33,916 nucleotides of DNA from Dehalococcoidia bacterium (GTDB lineage: Bacteria; Chloroflexota; Dehalococcoidia; DSTF01; JACRBR01). Under the pieces are notes generated by a model. It was not told where the DNA came from and did not search any database. It saw only the letters and a list, made by a program, of their open reading frames with translations. Below are positions 1 through 9,835 of the stretch, in pieces; the stretch's first letter is position 1; the number at the start of each line of letters is the position of its first letter. The stretch spans positions 1 through 33,916 of the forward strand of contig JBGQBE010000037.1 in assembly GCA_041494685.1 (NCBI GenBank), in the 5' to 3' direction. The position numbers were made by a program, and so were the translations under genes.

Positions 1-1
1 G

Positions 2-160
2 GACAAGATGCTCCATCTTGATATCCGCGTCCACGACCTGGAGAGCGCGGTGTCGCACGCTCTCGCAGCCGGAGCGCGACTCGCTGATTATCAGCCTCGA
101 CCTGATCTGCGCGTGCTCCTTGATCCGGCGGGCCACCCGCTGTGCCTGTTTACGGAATGA
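2..160 (+). CDS. VOC/glyoxalase-like family protein, C-terminal fragment (5' truncated by window)
   Basis: Own translation of frame 2: DKMLHLDIRVHDLESAVSHALAAGARLADYQPRPDLRVLLDPAGHPLCLFTE*. HLD..V.DL and DPAGHPxC are typical VOC C-terminal motifs. Confidence 0.8.
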   Translation, partial: DKMLHLDIRVHDLESAVSHALAAGARLADYQPRPDLRVLLDPAGHPLCLFTE

Positions 161-207
161 CGCCGCAACCGTAGCGTCCCGCCGGCGGCGTTGAGTTTGC
201 GCTGACC

Positions 208-687
208 CTAGTACGACTCGCTGGCCCAGCCGGCCTGCCCCGGTGCCTCTTCCACCCCGGCCGTAACCGACGTGAGGTTCGACGCGCCCCGCTCGCGCAG
301 CGCGTCGCGCACCCGCCGCACGACGTACTCCGCCAGGCGCTCGGCCGTCGTATTGTCGATCGGCAGCGGCAGCACCTCCGCCTTCGGCAGGACCCAGCCC
401 CGCTCCAGGAAGCGGATCTTCCAGTTGCTCATGCCCTCATCGATCTGCAGGACGCGGCTGTCGCGCTGCAACAGGAACTTGTGGTCCAGCTCGTCGCAGA
501 TCGCCTTGCCGATGCTCTTCAGCGCGGCGAAGTCGCACACCCACGCATCGTCCGTGAGCGCGCCCGCGACCTCCAGCGTGACGGCGTAGTTGTGGCCGTG
601 GAGCGGTTCGCACTGCCCCTCGAAGGTGGCAAAGTGCGCCGCCGCGAACTTCAGCTTGTTGCGCTCGACACGGACGCGAAATTCCAT
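208..687 (-). CDS. 6-pyruvoyl-tetrahydropterin synthase family (COG0720), PTPS-III or dual PTPS-I/III type
   Basis: FAAAHF, CEPLHGHNY, DELDHKFL, TTAERLA and VEEAPGQ motifs; lies downstream of folP-folK. Confidence 0.9.
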   Translation of the reverse strand: MEFRVRVERNKLKFAAAHFATFEGQCEPLHGHNYAVTLEVAGALTDDAWVCDFAALKSIGKAICDELDHKFLLQRDSRVLQIDEGMSNWKIRFLERGWVLPKAEVLPLPIDNTTAERLAEYVVRRVRDALRERGASNLTSVTAGVEEAPGQAGWASESY

Positions 688-732
688 GCGGGTAGGGTAT
701 CGGCGCCCGGCGCCACCGGCCAGCGTTCCCGG

Positions 733-918
733 CTAATCCCGGTAATCGCCCCAACCGCCCTGGCCGACGGGCGCGGGCACCGTCGCGCCGCAGATGCACG
801 GGAACTCGCCGATCCGCACCCACATCGGGAAGTTGCCCTCGTAGTGGCGGCCGCACGCCGCACAGTCGGACTGGTACAGCTTCACGTGGGGCTCGTTGAT
901 CTTCTTCTTGGGGGGCAT
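733..918 (-). CDS. Small zinc-ribbon-like protein (61 aa)
   Basis: CAACG...CICG cysteine pairs; fills the gap between co-oriented genes; 13 bp from upstream stop. Confidence 0.65.
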   Translation of the reverse strand: MPPKKKINEPHVKLYQSDCAACGRHYEGNFPMWVRIGEFPCICGATVPAPVGQGGWGDYRD

Positions 919-931
919 GGTGGCCGCCCGC

Positions 932-1201
932 TCAGGCCGCTTCGACGAAAATGTAGTAGCGGTCGTCGCGCTCGAACACGATCGGCATCTTGCCCGCCGC
1001 GCGCAGTTCGCGGATCCGCCCCGGCAGCGTAGCGCCGTGGCCGCGGATGATCGTGCTGAAGCTGAACGCGTACTCCTTGTCGCCCACCTTCACCCGCGCC
1101 GGCATGAAGGGCAGGTCCACGAGGTCGGCGTATGGTACCCACGACTCTTCGAGTTCCAGCGTGCCGAGTTCGGTCGGCGACAGCTCCAGCGTGTCTACCA
1201 C
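932..1201 (-). CDS. Hypothetical protein (89 aa)
   Basis: AGGAGG 6 nt before GTG at 1201; globular-looking sequence MVDTLELSPTELG...YYIFVEAA. Confidence 0.75.
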   Translation of the reverse strand: MVDTLELSPTELGTLELEESWVPYADLVDLPFMPARVKVGDKEYAFSFSTIIRGHGATLPGRIRELRAAGKMPIVFERDDRYYIFVEAA

Positions 1202-1276
1202 GGTCGTCCTCCTGCGTTCACGGTGCGCCGTGAGGGTCGAGTTGCGCCGGTATTGCACCGAACGCGGCAAGCTATG

Positions 1277-1849
1277 TCAATCCGGGCGCTGCGCGCCGCC
1301 GCCATCCCCCTCGTCGTCGCCGTCCGTGTCCTCCGCCTCCCACGCCCGCGCCGCCGCGTCCCACGCCGCCACGTGCGCCAGCCCCGCGAAGTCCGCGTCC
1401 TCGGCGACCTCGCCGATGCTCAGGCCCAGCACGGGGTGGCGCGCCTCCGGCGCAAGCTCCGCCAGCGGCGCCAGCACGAAGTTGCGCTCGTGCAGCAGCA
1501 AGTGCGGCACCACCAGCTCCGGCATGTCGATCGTCTCCTCGCCGTATAGCAGGATGTCGATGTCGATCGGGCGCGGCGCCCAGCGCGCCGCCGGCCGCCG
1601 GCCGATCTCGCGCTCGATCGCCTTCACCAGCGCCAGCAGCTCACGCGCCGGCAGCTCCGTCTCGACCTCGCACGCCGCGTTGTAGTAATCCGGGCCGGGC
1701 GCCTGACCCTCCAGCACGACCGCCTCCGAGCGGTAGAGCGATGACACCGCCACGACGCGACACTGCGGCTCCAGCAAGCGCAGCGCCAGCAGCAGGTTGC
1801 GCTCCCGGTTGCCCACGTTCGCGCCGAGGCCGAGGAAGACGCGCGTCAC
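1277..1849 (-). CDS. folK: 2-amino-4-hydroxy-6-hydroxymethyldihydropteridine diphosphokinase
   Basis: VFLGLGANVGNR, SSLYRS, YYNAA, RWAPRPIDIDILLYG, LVVPH..LHERNFVLAPL; GTG start overlaps folP TGA (GTGA). Confidence 0.95.
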   Translation of the reverse strand: MTRVFLGLGANVGNRERNLLLALRLLEPQCRVVAVSSLYRSEAVVLEGQAPGPDYYNAACEVETELPARELLALVKAIEREIGRRPAARWAPRPIDIDILLYGEETIDMPELVVPHLLLHERNFVLAPLAELAPEARHPVLGLSIGEVAEDADFAGLAHVAAWDAAARAWEAEDTDGDDEGDGGGAQRPD

Positions 1850-2730
1850 GCGCCCTCCTCGCGCGGCCAGCCGCGCACTACCGCGTCCGCCACCGCCGCT
1901 ACCTGCTTCATCGCCGCCACGTCGTGGACGCGGACGACGTCCGCTCCGCCCGCGATCGAGAGCGCCACGCTCGCCGCGGTCCCGAAGAGCCGCTCCTCGA
2001 CCGGCGCGCCGCCCAGCACCTCGCCGATCGTCGACTTGCGCGACGTGCCCACCAGCAGCGGCAGCCGCAGCGCGCGCAGCTCGCCCATGCGCCGCAGCAG
2101 CTCGATGTTCTGCTCCGGCGTCCAGCCGAACCCGAAGCCGGGGTCGACGATCAGACGCTCTCGCGGCAGCCCGGCGTCCGCGGCGATCCGCACCGACTCG
2201 CGCAGCCCCTCGGCGATGCGGGCGATCACGTCGCCCGGCGGCCGGCCGCGCTGGTTGTGCATCGCCACAGCGGGCAGCCCCGCATCCGCGGCGATGCGCG
2301 CGATGGCCGGGTCGCGGCGGAAGCCCCAGATGTCGTTGAGCAGGTGCGCGCCCGCCCTCACGGCCGCCTGCGCCACGGCGGGCTTGTACGTGTCGACGCT
2401 CAGCGGCACGTCCGGCAGCGCCGCGCGGATCCGCTCCAGCGCGGGTACCACGCGGCGGATCTCCTCCTCCGGCTCGACCTCGTCGAACCCGGCCTCGGTC
2501 TTCGTGACCCCCGGCCGCGTGGACTGCCCGCCGATATCGAGGATGTCCGCCCCCTCGGCCACGAAGCGGCGCGCCTGCGCCAGCGCCTCGTCGGCCGAAG
2601 ACAGGCCGTCGCCGCTGAAGGAGTCCGGCGAGACGTTGATCACGCCCATCACGTACGTGCGTGCGCCCCACGCGAAGTCGCGCGGACCGATGCGCATCAC
2701 GCGCGGCTGTGGCCCCGTGTCGGTGGACAT
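1846..2730 (-). CDS. folP: Dihydropteroate synthase
   Basis: MGVINVSPDSFSGDG, GADILDIGGQSTRPG, SVDTYK, DPGFGFG, GTSRKS, VRVHDV. Confidence 0.97.
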   Translation of the reverse strand: MSTDTGPQPRVMRIGPRDFAWGARTYVMGVINVSPDSFSGDGLSSADEALAQARRFVAEGADILDIGGQSTRPGVTKTEAGFDEVEPEEEIRRVVPALERIRAALPDVPLSVDTYKPAVAQAAVRAGAHLLNDIWGFRRDPAIARIAADAGLPAVAMHNQRGRPPGDVIARIAEGLRESVRIAADAGLPRERLIVDPGFGFGWTPEQNIELLRRMGELRALRLPLLVGTSRKSTIGEVLGGAPVEERLFGTAASVALSIAGGADVVRVHDVAAMKQVAAVADAVVRGWPREEGA

Positions 2731-2761
2731 GGCCCCATGCTAGAGGATCGTGCGGGGGGCG

Positions 2762-3937
2762 TCAGGCGCGCGCCGGCGCCAGCCCGCGGATGCGAGCGAC
2801 CGCCGGCGGCAAGATCTCCAGCAGCGCGTCGATGTCGGCGTCCGTGTTGTCGCGGCCCAGCGTCAGGCGCAGGCTGCCGCGCAGGTACTCCTCCGGCACG
2901 CCCATCGCCATCAGCACGTGCGACGGCTCCAGCGACGCCGTCGTGCACGCGCTGCCGCTGCTGGCGGCGATGCCCTGCAGGTCGAGCTGCAGCAACACCG
3001 CCTCACCCTCAAGATGCTTGAACGCGAAGCTCGCGCTGTTCGGCAGCCGCTTCGTCCGGTCGAGCGGGCCGGTGATGATCGTGTCCGGTATGCGGCGCGG
3101 TACCTCGTCCAGCAGCCGGTCGCGCAGCGCCGAGTCGTGCGCGTTGCGCGCGGCGCGTTCGTCGTGTGCCAGCCGCAGCGCCGTCGCCAGTCCCACCGCT
3201 CCCGCGACGTTCTCCGTGCCGGCGCGGCGATTGCGCTCCTGCGATCCGCCCGCTATCTGCGGCGCGAACGGTGTGCGCCCGCGCACGAACAGCGCGCCAG
3301 TGCCTTTCGGCCCATAGATCTTGTGCGCCGCGATCGAGAGCAGATCGACGCCCAGCGCGTCGATGTCCAGGTCCAGCGCGCCCGCCGCCTGCACCGCGTC
3401 GGTGTGCACCATGATGTGCGGGTCGCGCTCTTTCACGATGCGCGCAACTTCCGCGACCGGCTCGATCGTGCCGACCTCGTTGTTCGCGTATATCACGCTG
3501 ACCAGCACGGTGCGGTCGTCGAGCGCGCCGCGCAGCGCGTCGAGATCTACGGAGCCCTCGTGGTCCACCGGCAGGTACGTGACGCGAAAGCCTTCCTTCG
3601 CCAGCGCGTCGCACGTGTGGAGCACGGCGTGATGTTCGATGGCCGTGGTGATGATGTGGTCGCCGCGGCTGCGCGACGCCAGCGCGACGGCGCGCAGCGC
3701 CAGGTTGTCCGCCTCCGTCCCGCCGCTGGTGAAGACGATCTCGTTCGGCTTGCAACCCAGCACCGCGGCCACGCTCCGCCGCGCGCCGTCCAGCCCCTTG
3801 CGCGCCTCGCGCGCCTCGGCGTAGATGCTCGAGGGGTTGCCCCAGGCGCTCGTCAGGTACGGCAGCATCGCCGCGACGACGCGCTGGTCCGGCGCCGTGG
3901 TGGCCGCGTGATCGAGGTAGATGCGCCGCTCGTCCAT
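2762..3937 (-). CDS. Cysteine desulfurase (NifS/IscS class)
   Basis: IYLDHAATT, GNPSS, FTSGGTEADN, HTDAVQ, AHKIYGPKG (PLP lysine), SSGSACT (catalytic Cys). Confidence 0.95.
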   Translation of the reverse strand: MDERRIYLDHAATTAPDQRVVAAMLPYLTSAWGNPSSIYAEAREARKGLDGARRSVAAVLGCKPNEIVFTSGGTEADNLALRAVALASRSRGDHIITTAIEHHAVLHTCDALAKEGFRVTYLPVDHEGSVDLDALRGALDDRTVLVSVIYANNEVGTIEPVAEVARIVKERDPHIMVHTDAVQAAGALDLDIDALGVDLLSIAAHKIYGPKGTGALFVRGRTPFAPQIAGGSQERNRRAGTENVAGAVGLATALRLAHDERAARNAHDSALRDRLLDEVPRRIPDTIITGPLDRTKRLPNSASFAFKHLEGEAVLLQLDLQGIAASSGSACTTASLEPSHVLMAMGVPEEYLRGSLRLTLGRDNTDADIDALLEILPPAVARIRGLAPARA

Positions 3938-3995
3938 GCCAGCATCATAGCGCGGCGGGCGTCCGGCACAGGTTCGCGTCGAAGCTATGCCAGCT

Positions 3996-4817
3996 TCACG
4001 GAGCGGCGGGCGCGGGGCCCCAGCGGCGGTCCACCTCGCGCCGCACGGCCGGGTAGAACCACAGCTGCATCGCCGCCGCCAGCACCAGGCCCACCAGGCA
4101 GACGACCAGTCCCACGAAGGCGTCGGCGATGAAGTGGTTGGCGGTGAACACGATCGCCGCGAGCTGTGCCCACGGCAGCAGCAGGCCGAACGCCCGTACC
4201 AGCGGCTGCCGGATCGCGATGAACATCGATCCGCCGATGATCATCGCCCAGCCGAAGTGCAGGCTCGGCACCGCCGCGTACGGGTTGACGAACGCGCTCA
4301 TCGACTGCGCCTGGTAGCTGAGCTGGTTGTATTTCTCGATCGTGCCGACGAACTCCCCCGTCGGCAGCAGCCGCGGCGGCATCACCGGGAACGTCGCGTA
4401 GATCACGAGCGCGATGCACCCCGACAGCAAGATCGCGTCGCGCGCGACGGTGTACTCGTGCCGGCGGAAGAAGTACATCCAGATCCCGACGCCGACGATC
4501 AACGGAAAGTCCAGCCAGAAGTAGATGAAGTTGAAGAGATCGATCAGCACCTTTCGGTGCAGCACGACGTCCTGCAGCCGCGGCTCCCAGAAGATCCCGA
4601 TCGCGCGCTCCGCGTCGATGATGCGGTTCGCGTTGCGCAGCGCGTCGTCCGGGTGGTTGACCACCGCGCCGCGTACCAGGAAGTACAGCAGGAACGCCAG
4701 CGCTACGAGCCCGATCTCGAACATGTGCCGGTAGATGCGGCGACGCTGGATCGCGTCGACGATCTTGGACAGGGGCAGGGGCCGCCGTTGTGCTATGGTA
4801 GGGGCCTGCTGATCCAT
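3996..4817 (-). CDS. PAP2-superfamily membrane protein (AUR1/IPC-synthase-like)
   Basis: Several hydrophobic segments; FPVMPPRLL, NPYAAVPSLHFGWA, TANHFIADA motifs. Confidence 0.85.
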   Translation of the reverse strand: MDQQAPTIAQRRPLPLSKIVDAIQRRRIYRHMFEIGLVALAFLLYFLVRGAVVNHPDDALRNANRIIDAERAIGIFWEPRLQDVVLHRKVLIDLFNFIYFWLDFPLIVGVGIWMYFFRRHEYTVARDAILLSGCIALVIYATFPVMPPRLLPTGEFVGTIEKYNQLSYQAQSMSAFVNPYAAVPSLHFGWAMIIGGSMFIAIRQPLVRAFGLLLPWAQLAAIVFTANHFIADAFVGLVVCLVGLVLAAAMQLWFYPAVRREVDRRWGPAPAAP

Positions 4818-5337
4818 GCGGTGCCATGCTCCGTGCGTCTTCAGCGTGACGATAACGCCCCACTCTATGGTCAGCGCGCTCGCGATCGCAACCGCCGCGA
4901 TACGCCATCGCCGCTGCGTATCACACGCGCGAAACCGCGTTCGGTCACGCGCGAATCAGGCTGCCCGCGGCCGATCATCGCCGCTGTGGAAAGGGCCGAA
5001 AATTTCACCGGAGTAGTCGTCATAAAAGCCTTGATCAGCCCATGGGGCAACTGTATTCTGCGGCCTGTCCCGAGGGTAATACGACGGCCTCACACGACCC
5101 GATGCCACGCAACTGGTGCGGGTCGTTCGCCCCGGTAGGGCGGGGGAGCAGCGGCACCGCGGTGAGGCCGGGCCCGCAACTGGGTACTCCAGCCTCGGGA
5201 ACAACCACAGTCCGTTTTTCTGCTACGACGTTGCTTGTGTCCGGCCGCCCGCGCCGGGAGGGATTCGTGTTGCCAGTTGCAGGATGCCGACGCAGCGCAC
5301 GCTCGACCATCGTCACCATCGGCGGGACCTCCTCACG

Positions 5338-6729
5338 ATGACTGAACGGACCCCCGCCACCACGTGGATCGCCACCCTCGGCCAGCTCGAGATGCTGGTC
5401 ACCCGCGCCAACTTCGACACCTGGCTGCGTGACACCGTCGGCATGCGCCACGAGGACGGCTGCTTCGTCGTCGGCGTCCAGAGCGACTTCGCCCGCGAGT
5501 GGCTCGCCGCCCGCCTGCGCCCCCTCATCACCAGGACGCTGGCCCGCGTCCTCGGCCACCCGGTCGAGGTGTCGTTCGAAGTCGACCGCCCGGCCGCCAA
5601 TGACACGCCTGTTCTCCTGTCTGAGCCAGACGGTGGCGCGGACGAGATTCCGCCGTTCCTGCGGCGCTCGTCCGCGCCACCGGCGCTCAACCCGGCGCTC
5701 ACGTTCGAGGCATTCGTCGTCGGCGACGAGAACCGCCTCGCCTTCGAGGCGGCCCGCCGCGCCGCCGAGCACCCCGGCGCCGTGAACCCGCTCGTCATCT
5801 TCGGCCCGGCCGGCCTGGGGAAGACGCACCTGCTCAGCGCCATCGGCCACGCCGCCTACGCCCAGGGCCGCCGGGTGCTCTACGCCACGGCCGAGAAGTT
5901 CGGCAACGACTACAGCGCCGCCCGCGACAAGGACCACGGCTACGAGCTCTTCCGCCGCCGCTACCGCGAGGTCGACGTGCTGCTGATCGACGACATCACC
6001 TTCCTGGAGGGCAAAGAGAAGTACCAGGAGCAGCTCTTCCACGCCTTCAACGACATGCATGCCGCCGGCAAGCAGGTCGTCGTCACCGCCGACCGTCCGC
6101 CGTCCAACCTTGGCGGCCTGATCGATGCCCTGCGCTCGCGCCTCCAGTGGGGGCTCGCCGCCGACCTGCAGCGCCCGGCCTTCCCGACGCGCCTCGCCAT
6201 CCTGCGCGCCAAGGCCCGCCAGCACGCCCTGCGCCTGCCCGACGCCGCGCTGGAGATCATCGCCGAGCGCGCCTGCCCGACCGTGCGCGAGCTGGAGGGC
6301 TACCTCAACCGCGTCCTGGCGTTCGTCCCGCTCGTCGGCGGCAGCACCACCCGCGACGTCATCGAGAAGGCGCTCTCGCCGCTGACCCAGGCGCTGCCCG
6401 GGCACGGCGCCGAGCCGCTGGACGCCGACGCCATCATCGCCGCCGTCTGCCGGCAGACCGGCGTCACCGGCGCCGACCTGCGCGGCCGCAGCCGCGCCCG
6501 CGACGTCACCTACGCCCGCCATCTGGCCATGTTCCTGCTGAAGGAAGACGCCCGGAAGAGCGTCGCCGAGATCGGCCGCATGTTCGGCCACCGCGACCAC
6601 AGCACCGTGCTGGCCGGCATCGCCCGCATCGGCCTGGAGCAGACCACCCGCCCCGAGACTCGCTCCGACATCGCCACCGTCCGCGAGTCCGCCGCCCCCA
6701 CCCCCCTGCCCGTCGCCGCCGCGGGGTAG
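5338..6729 (+). CDS. dnaA: Chromosomal replication initiator DnaA (divergent domain IV; possibly a paralogue)
   Basis: Domain I FDTWL; TFEAFVVGDENRLA; Walker A GPAGLGKTHLL; Walker B VLLIDDI; LRSRLQWGL; VRELEG; domain IV IGRMFGHRDHSTVL. Start at ATG 5338 chosen by domain I position. Confidence 0.9.
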   Translation: MTERTPATTWIATLGQLEMLVTRANFDTWLRDTVGMRHEDGCFVVGVQSDFAREWLAARLRPLITRTLARVLGHPVEVSFEVDRPAANDTPVLLSEPDGGADEIPPFLRRSSAPPALNPALTFEAFVVGDENRLAFEAARRAAEHPGAVNPLVIFGPAGLGKTHLLSAIGHAAYAQGRRVLYATAEKFGNDYSAARDKDHGYELFRRRYREVDVLLIDDITFLEGKEKYQEQLFHAFNDMHAAGKQVVVTADRPPSNLGGLIDALRSRLQWGLAADLQRPAFPTRLAILRAKARQHALRLPDAALEIIAERACPTVRELEGYLNRVLAFVPLVGGSTTRDVIEKALSPLTQALPGHGAEPLDADAIIAAVCRQTGVTGADLRGRSRARDVTYARHLAMFLLKEDARKSVAEIGRMFGHRDHSTVLAGIARIGLEQTTRPETRSDIATVRESAAPTPLPVAAAG

Positions 6730-6861
6730 CCGCGAGGCACCTTACGCACCGGGAGGCTCGATGACAGATCGCAGCCAAACGAACGGCCGCATCACGTTTC
6801 ACTGCCCCGTAGCGGCGCATAGTGGTACCTTCGCGAGGAGCTAAGCCCGAAGGGAGACCCC

Positions 6862-8348
6862 ATGTCGCTCGAAGAGCTACTGCCCATCGTCCAGGGGACG
6901 GCCGAATGGCCGACGAGCAAGGACGCCGCCGACGCCGCACTCTTCAGGCCGTTGTTCGGCAGCCCCACCGGCCGCTACCGAGAGAGTGCCTCGAAGAGCG
7001 TGACGCTCCGTGCCAACCCGATGAGCGGCGAGGACGCCGTTCGCTTCGCGGCGTACATCGAGCCTTCGAACCCGCCGTCGGGCCCGTACTCGGGCATGTC
7101 GCTTGTGCTGTTCCCCGGCCAGCCCGGGGAGCCGTGCCTGATCTCGCTGGTGCTCGGAACGAACGGTCTGCACCCTGACGAGGAGATCCTCGGGCGTCCC
7201 GGGCATGCCCGGAAGGCGCAGGCCGTTTGCGCGTGGCTGAACAAGGAGCACGGCAACGGCGAACTAGTCGCCTGGGCAAAACAAGATCCGGTGCGTACAG
7301 ATACGCCCGTGCCCAATGAGATCGCGGAGAAGTTCGCGCGGTATAGCGCCGTCTTCAGCAGGTACGGCCGCGAACTCTACGCCATCTATGCGCCAACCGA
7401 CGACACGGCGAAGACGCGCGAAGCCCTCGCCGCATTCGTTGACCTGATGTTCGCGGAGCGCGGACAGATCCCTCTGGCAACCGCCCTGGACGATGCCGAA
7501 CGACTGCGGTCGCGCTGGCTCGCCTACCTCATGCCACAGGTGACGCCGGCCGAGGTCGTAGGGCTGCTGGAGAGTCGCCGCTTCGTGATCGTCGAGGGGC
7601 CGCCCGGCACCGGCAAGACGCGCATGGCGGAGGAGTTGCTCAATCGTGAGTATGGCGGGCGCGGGTTCTCCATCCAGTTTCACCCCAACACCACCTACGA
7701 AGCTTCGTGGGCGGACTGGCACCACGCCCACGCGATGAGGGCCTTGGGCTGAGCTTTGACGCGACGCGTGGGCACTTGATGGACGCCGTGAAGCTAGCTC
7801 TCGATCAGCCCGAGGGCTCCCCGGTCTTGCTGCACATCGACGAGATCAACCGCGCCGACCTGGCCAAGGTGCTGGGCGAAGCGATCTATCTCTTCGAGCC
7901 GAACGCTCCCCGCAAGATCAGGCTGCCGTTCGACTTCGGCGAGCCGTTCAGAAATGAACTCTCTCTCCCGCCGAATCTCCACGTCCTCGGAACCATGAAC
8001 ACAGCCGACCGCAGTCTCGCCATCGTCGATGTGGCGGTGCGGCGTCGCTTCGCCTTTGCGAAGCTGTGGCCGCAAGTCAGCGTGGTCGAACAGCATGGCG
8101 GCGCGCTTATGTTGCGCGCGTTCAAGGAACTCATCGACATCTTCATCGACCACGCGTCCGGAGACGCCTTCAACCTCATCCCGGGTCACTCCTACTTCAT
8201 CCAACCAGACCCGGCCGACGACCATGCTGCGCGGACGCAGTTGAAAGTCACGCTCGTTCCGCTGCTGGAGGAGTACCTCTCTCAGGGCTACGTCGTTGGC
8301 TTCTCCGAGGAGATCCGCGCGTACTTGCAGTGGATCGACAGCCTGTAA
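6862..8348 (+). pseudogene. mcrB: McrB-family AAA+ GTPase, split by a 1-nt frameshift near 7700 (real or sequencing error)
   Basis: ORF 6862-7752 has GPPGTGKT and IQFHPNTTYE; ORF 7707-8348 continues FVGGL...IDEINRADL...GTMNTADRS (McrB NxxD signature)...AVRRRF. Adding one base in tacgaagcttcgtg restores YE-S-FVGG. Confidence 0.88.
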
Positions 8349-9823
8349 TGACCACCGCCCACCCCGCGCGGCGACGCCCACCCGCGCGGCGAGCCTCTGA
8401 ACAGCGCCTTCGCGCCCCGGGTGCGACGGCATGCTTCGAGATGTCGGACTCGGCCACCTCGCGTATACCCGCCGAGGCTCTGCTGCCGGGGGCACCCGCT
8501 CGCGATGCGAATCCGCAGATCGCCCGGCTCGCCACGCAGTTCATCTCCAGTAACCGGGCGACGCTCCAGGCAATCGGTGCGGAAATGACCCAGGAGTACG
8601 ATGGCAATCGGGTTGACTTGGTGATGCGCTCCGGCAATCAGATCGGAGCCGTGCCGCTCGCATCGCCGACGACGACACGCATGGACTTTGGCCTCGTGAT
8701 CAAGCCGCGTTTTGAGTGGGCGGGCCTTGGCCTCATGCTGAGCGAGATGGGTTGGCGGATCACGCCGTCGCCGTTAGCCATGCCGTTGCTACCACGATCC
8801 GAGCGCCAGATCCCCGCGTGGGTGCTGTCGTCGATGGTGCTGGCCCGCGTCCAGGCCTTGCTCGACCAGCTCAGCCGCCGGTTTGAAGTGATCGATGAGG
8901 TGCGATCGGCGCCGCGCGGCGCCGTGGACTGGACGTCGTATGCGACGCGTTACGCCGTGCGCGGGCAGTTCCTTCAAGTCCCGTGTCGCTTTCCCGACCT
9001 TCGCGACGACCGAGAGCTGCGTGGCGCGATCCGCTTCGTGCTCGGCAAGCAGATGCGCGCGCTTGAGGGCCAACGACCGCACGGCGCGTTCGTAATTCGC
9101 CTCATCGACCTGTGCGGCGAGCTACTTGAGCGCGTACGTGACGCCGCGCCGTGCATTCCATCTCCGCGCGAGTTCGAGTCGTGGATGCGTGGGAGTCTCA
9201 AGAGCGAAACCTACCGCGCCGGGATCCAGGCCATGTCTTGGACAGTCGAAGACCGCGGCCTTGCGGGGCTGAGTGACCTGCAGGGGTTGCCCTGGGTCAT
9301 GCCGATGGAGCAATTCTTCGAAGCGTGGTCGGAGACGGTGTTGGCGATCGTCGCTCGTCGGATCGGTGGGTCCGTTCTCGCAGGACGTTTGCGGCAGACC
9401 GTTCGACCGCTGGTCTGGGAACCGCCGTACCTCGGATCACAGAAGTCCCTGATACCTGACCTTGTGCTGGAACGCGGTGACGCCACGCTCATCATTGACG
9501 CCAAGTACAAGGAACATTGGGAGGAGATGCAGGAGCGTCCGTGGGCACAACTAGAGGCGGAGTTGCGCGAGCGCCATCGCGCGGATCTGCTGCAAGTGCT
9601 CGCCTACGCCAACCTCGCAGTCACGCCGCGCATCATCGTATGCCTTGCGTACCCCTGCTCGAAGCGCACGTGGCAGTCGCCACGCGATCGCCATCGGCTC
9701 TTCCATCGCGCGACGCTGCAAGCTGGCGATCGTCAAGTTACGCTCCTGCTCACTGCGTTTCCCATGGGCCAGGACGCCGCAAGTATCGGCGAGACACTGG
9801 CGGCTGAAGTAGTTCGCGATTAG
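8348..9823 (+). CDS. mcrC: McrC-family PD-(D/E)xK nuclease subunit
   Basis: ATG overlaps mcrB TAA; PRGAVDW, MEQFFEAW, LIPDLVL...IIDAKYK, DLLQVLAY. Confidence 0.88.
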   Translation: MTTAHPARRRPPARRASEQRLRAPGATACFEMSDSATSRIPAEALLPGAPARDANPQIARLATQFISSNRATLQAIGAEMTQEYDGNRVDLVMRSGNQIGAVPLASPTTTRMDFGLVIKPRFEWAGLGLMLSEMGWRITPSPLAMPLLPRSERQIPAWVLSSMVLARVQALLDQLSRRFEVIDEVRSAPRGAVDWTSYATRYAVRGQFLQVPCRFPDLRDDRELRGAIRFVLGKQMRALEGQRPHGAFVIRLIDLCGELLERVRDAAPCIPSPREFESWMRGSLKSETYRAGIQAMSWTVEDRGLAGLSDLQGLPWVMPMEQFFEAWSETVLAIVARRIGGSVLAGRLRQTVRPLVWEPPYLGSQKSLIPDLVLERGDATLIIDAKYKEHWEEMQERPWAQLEAELRERHRADLLQVLAYANLAVTPRIIVCLAYPCSKRTWQSPRDRHRLFHRATLQAGDRQVTLLLTAFPMGQDAASIGETLAAEVVRD

Positions 9824-9835
9824 GAGGTTGTAGCG

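Noticed and set aside
1277..2671. 464-aa ORF as a FolP-FolK fusion
   Set aside because: Its upstream part is an alternative frame of folP; folK starts at GTG 1849, overlapping the folP stop.
4818..5337. oriC upstream of dnaA
   Set aside because: Only one near-consensus DnaA box and no clear AT-rich unwinding element; cannot be supported.
7690..7715. Programmed ribosomal frameshift in mcrB
   Set aside because: No slippery heptamer or evident stimulatory structure; a simple indel is more parsimonious.
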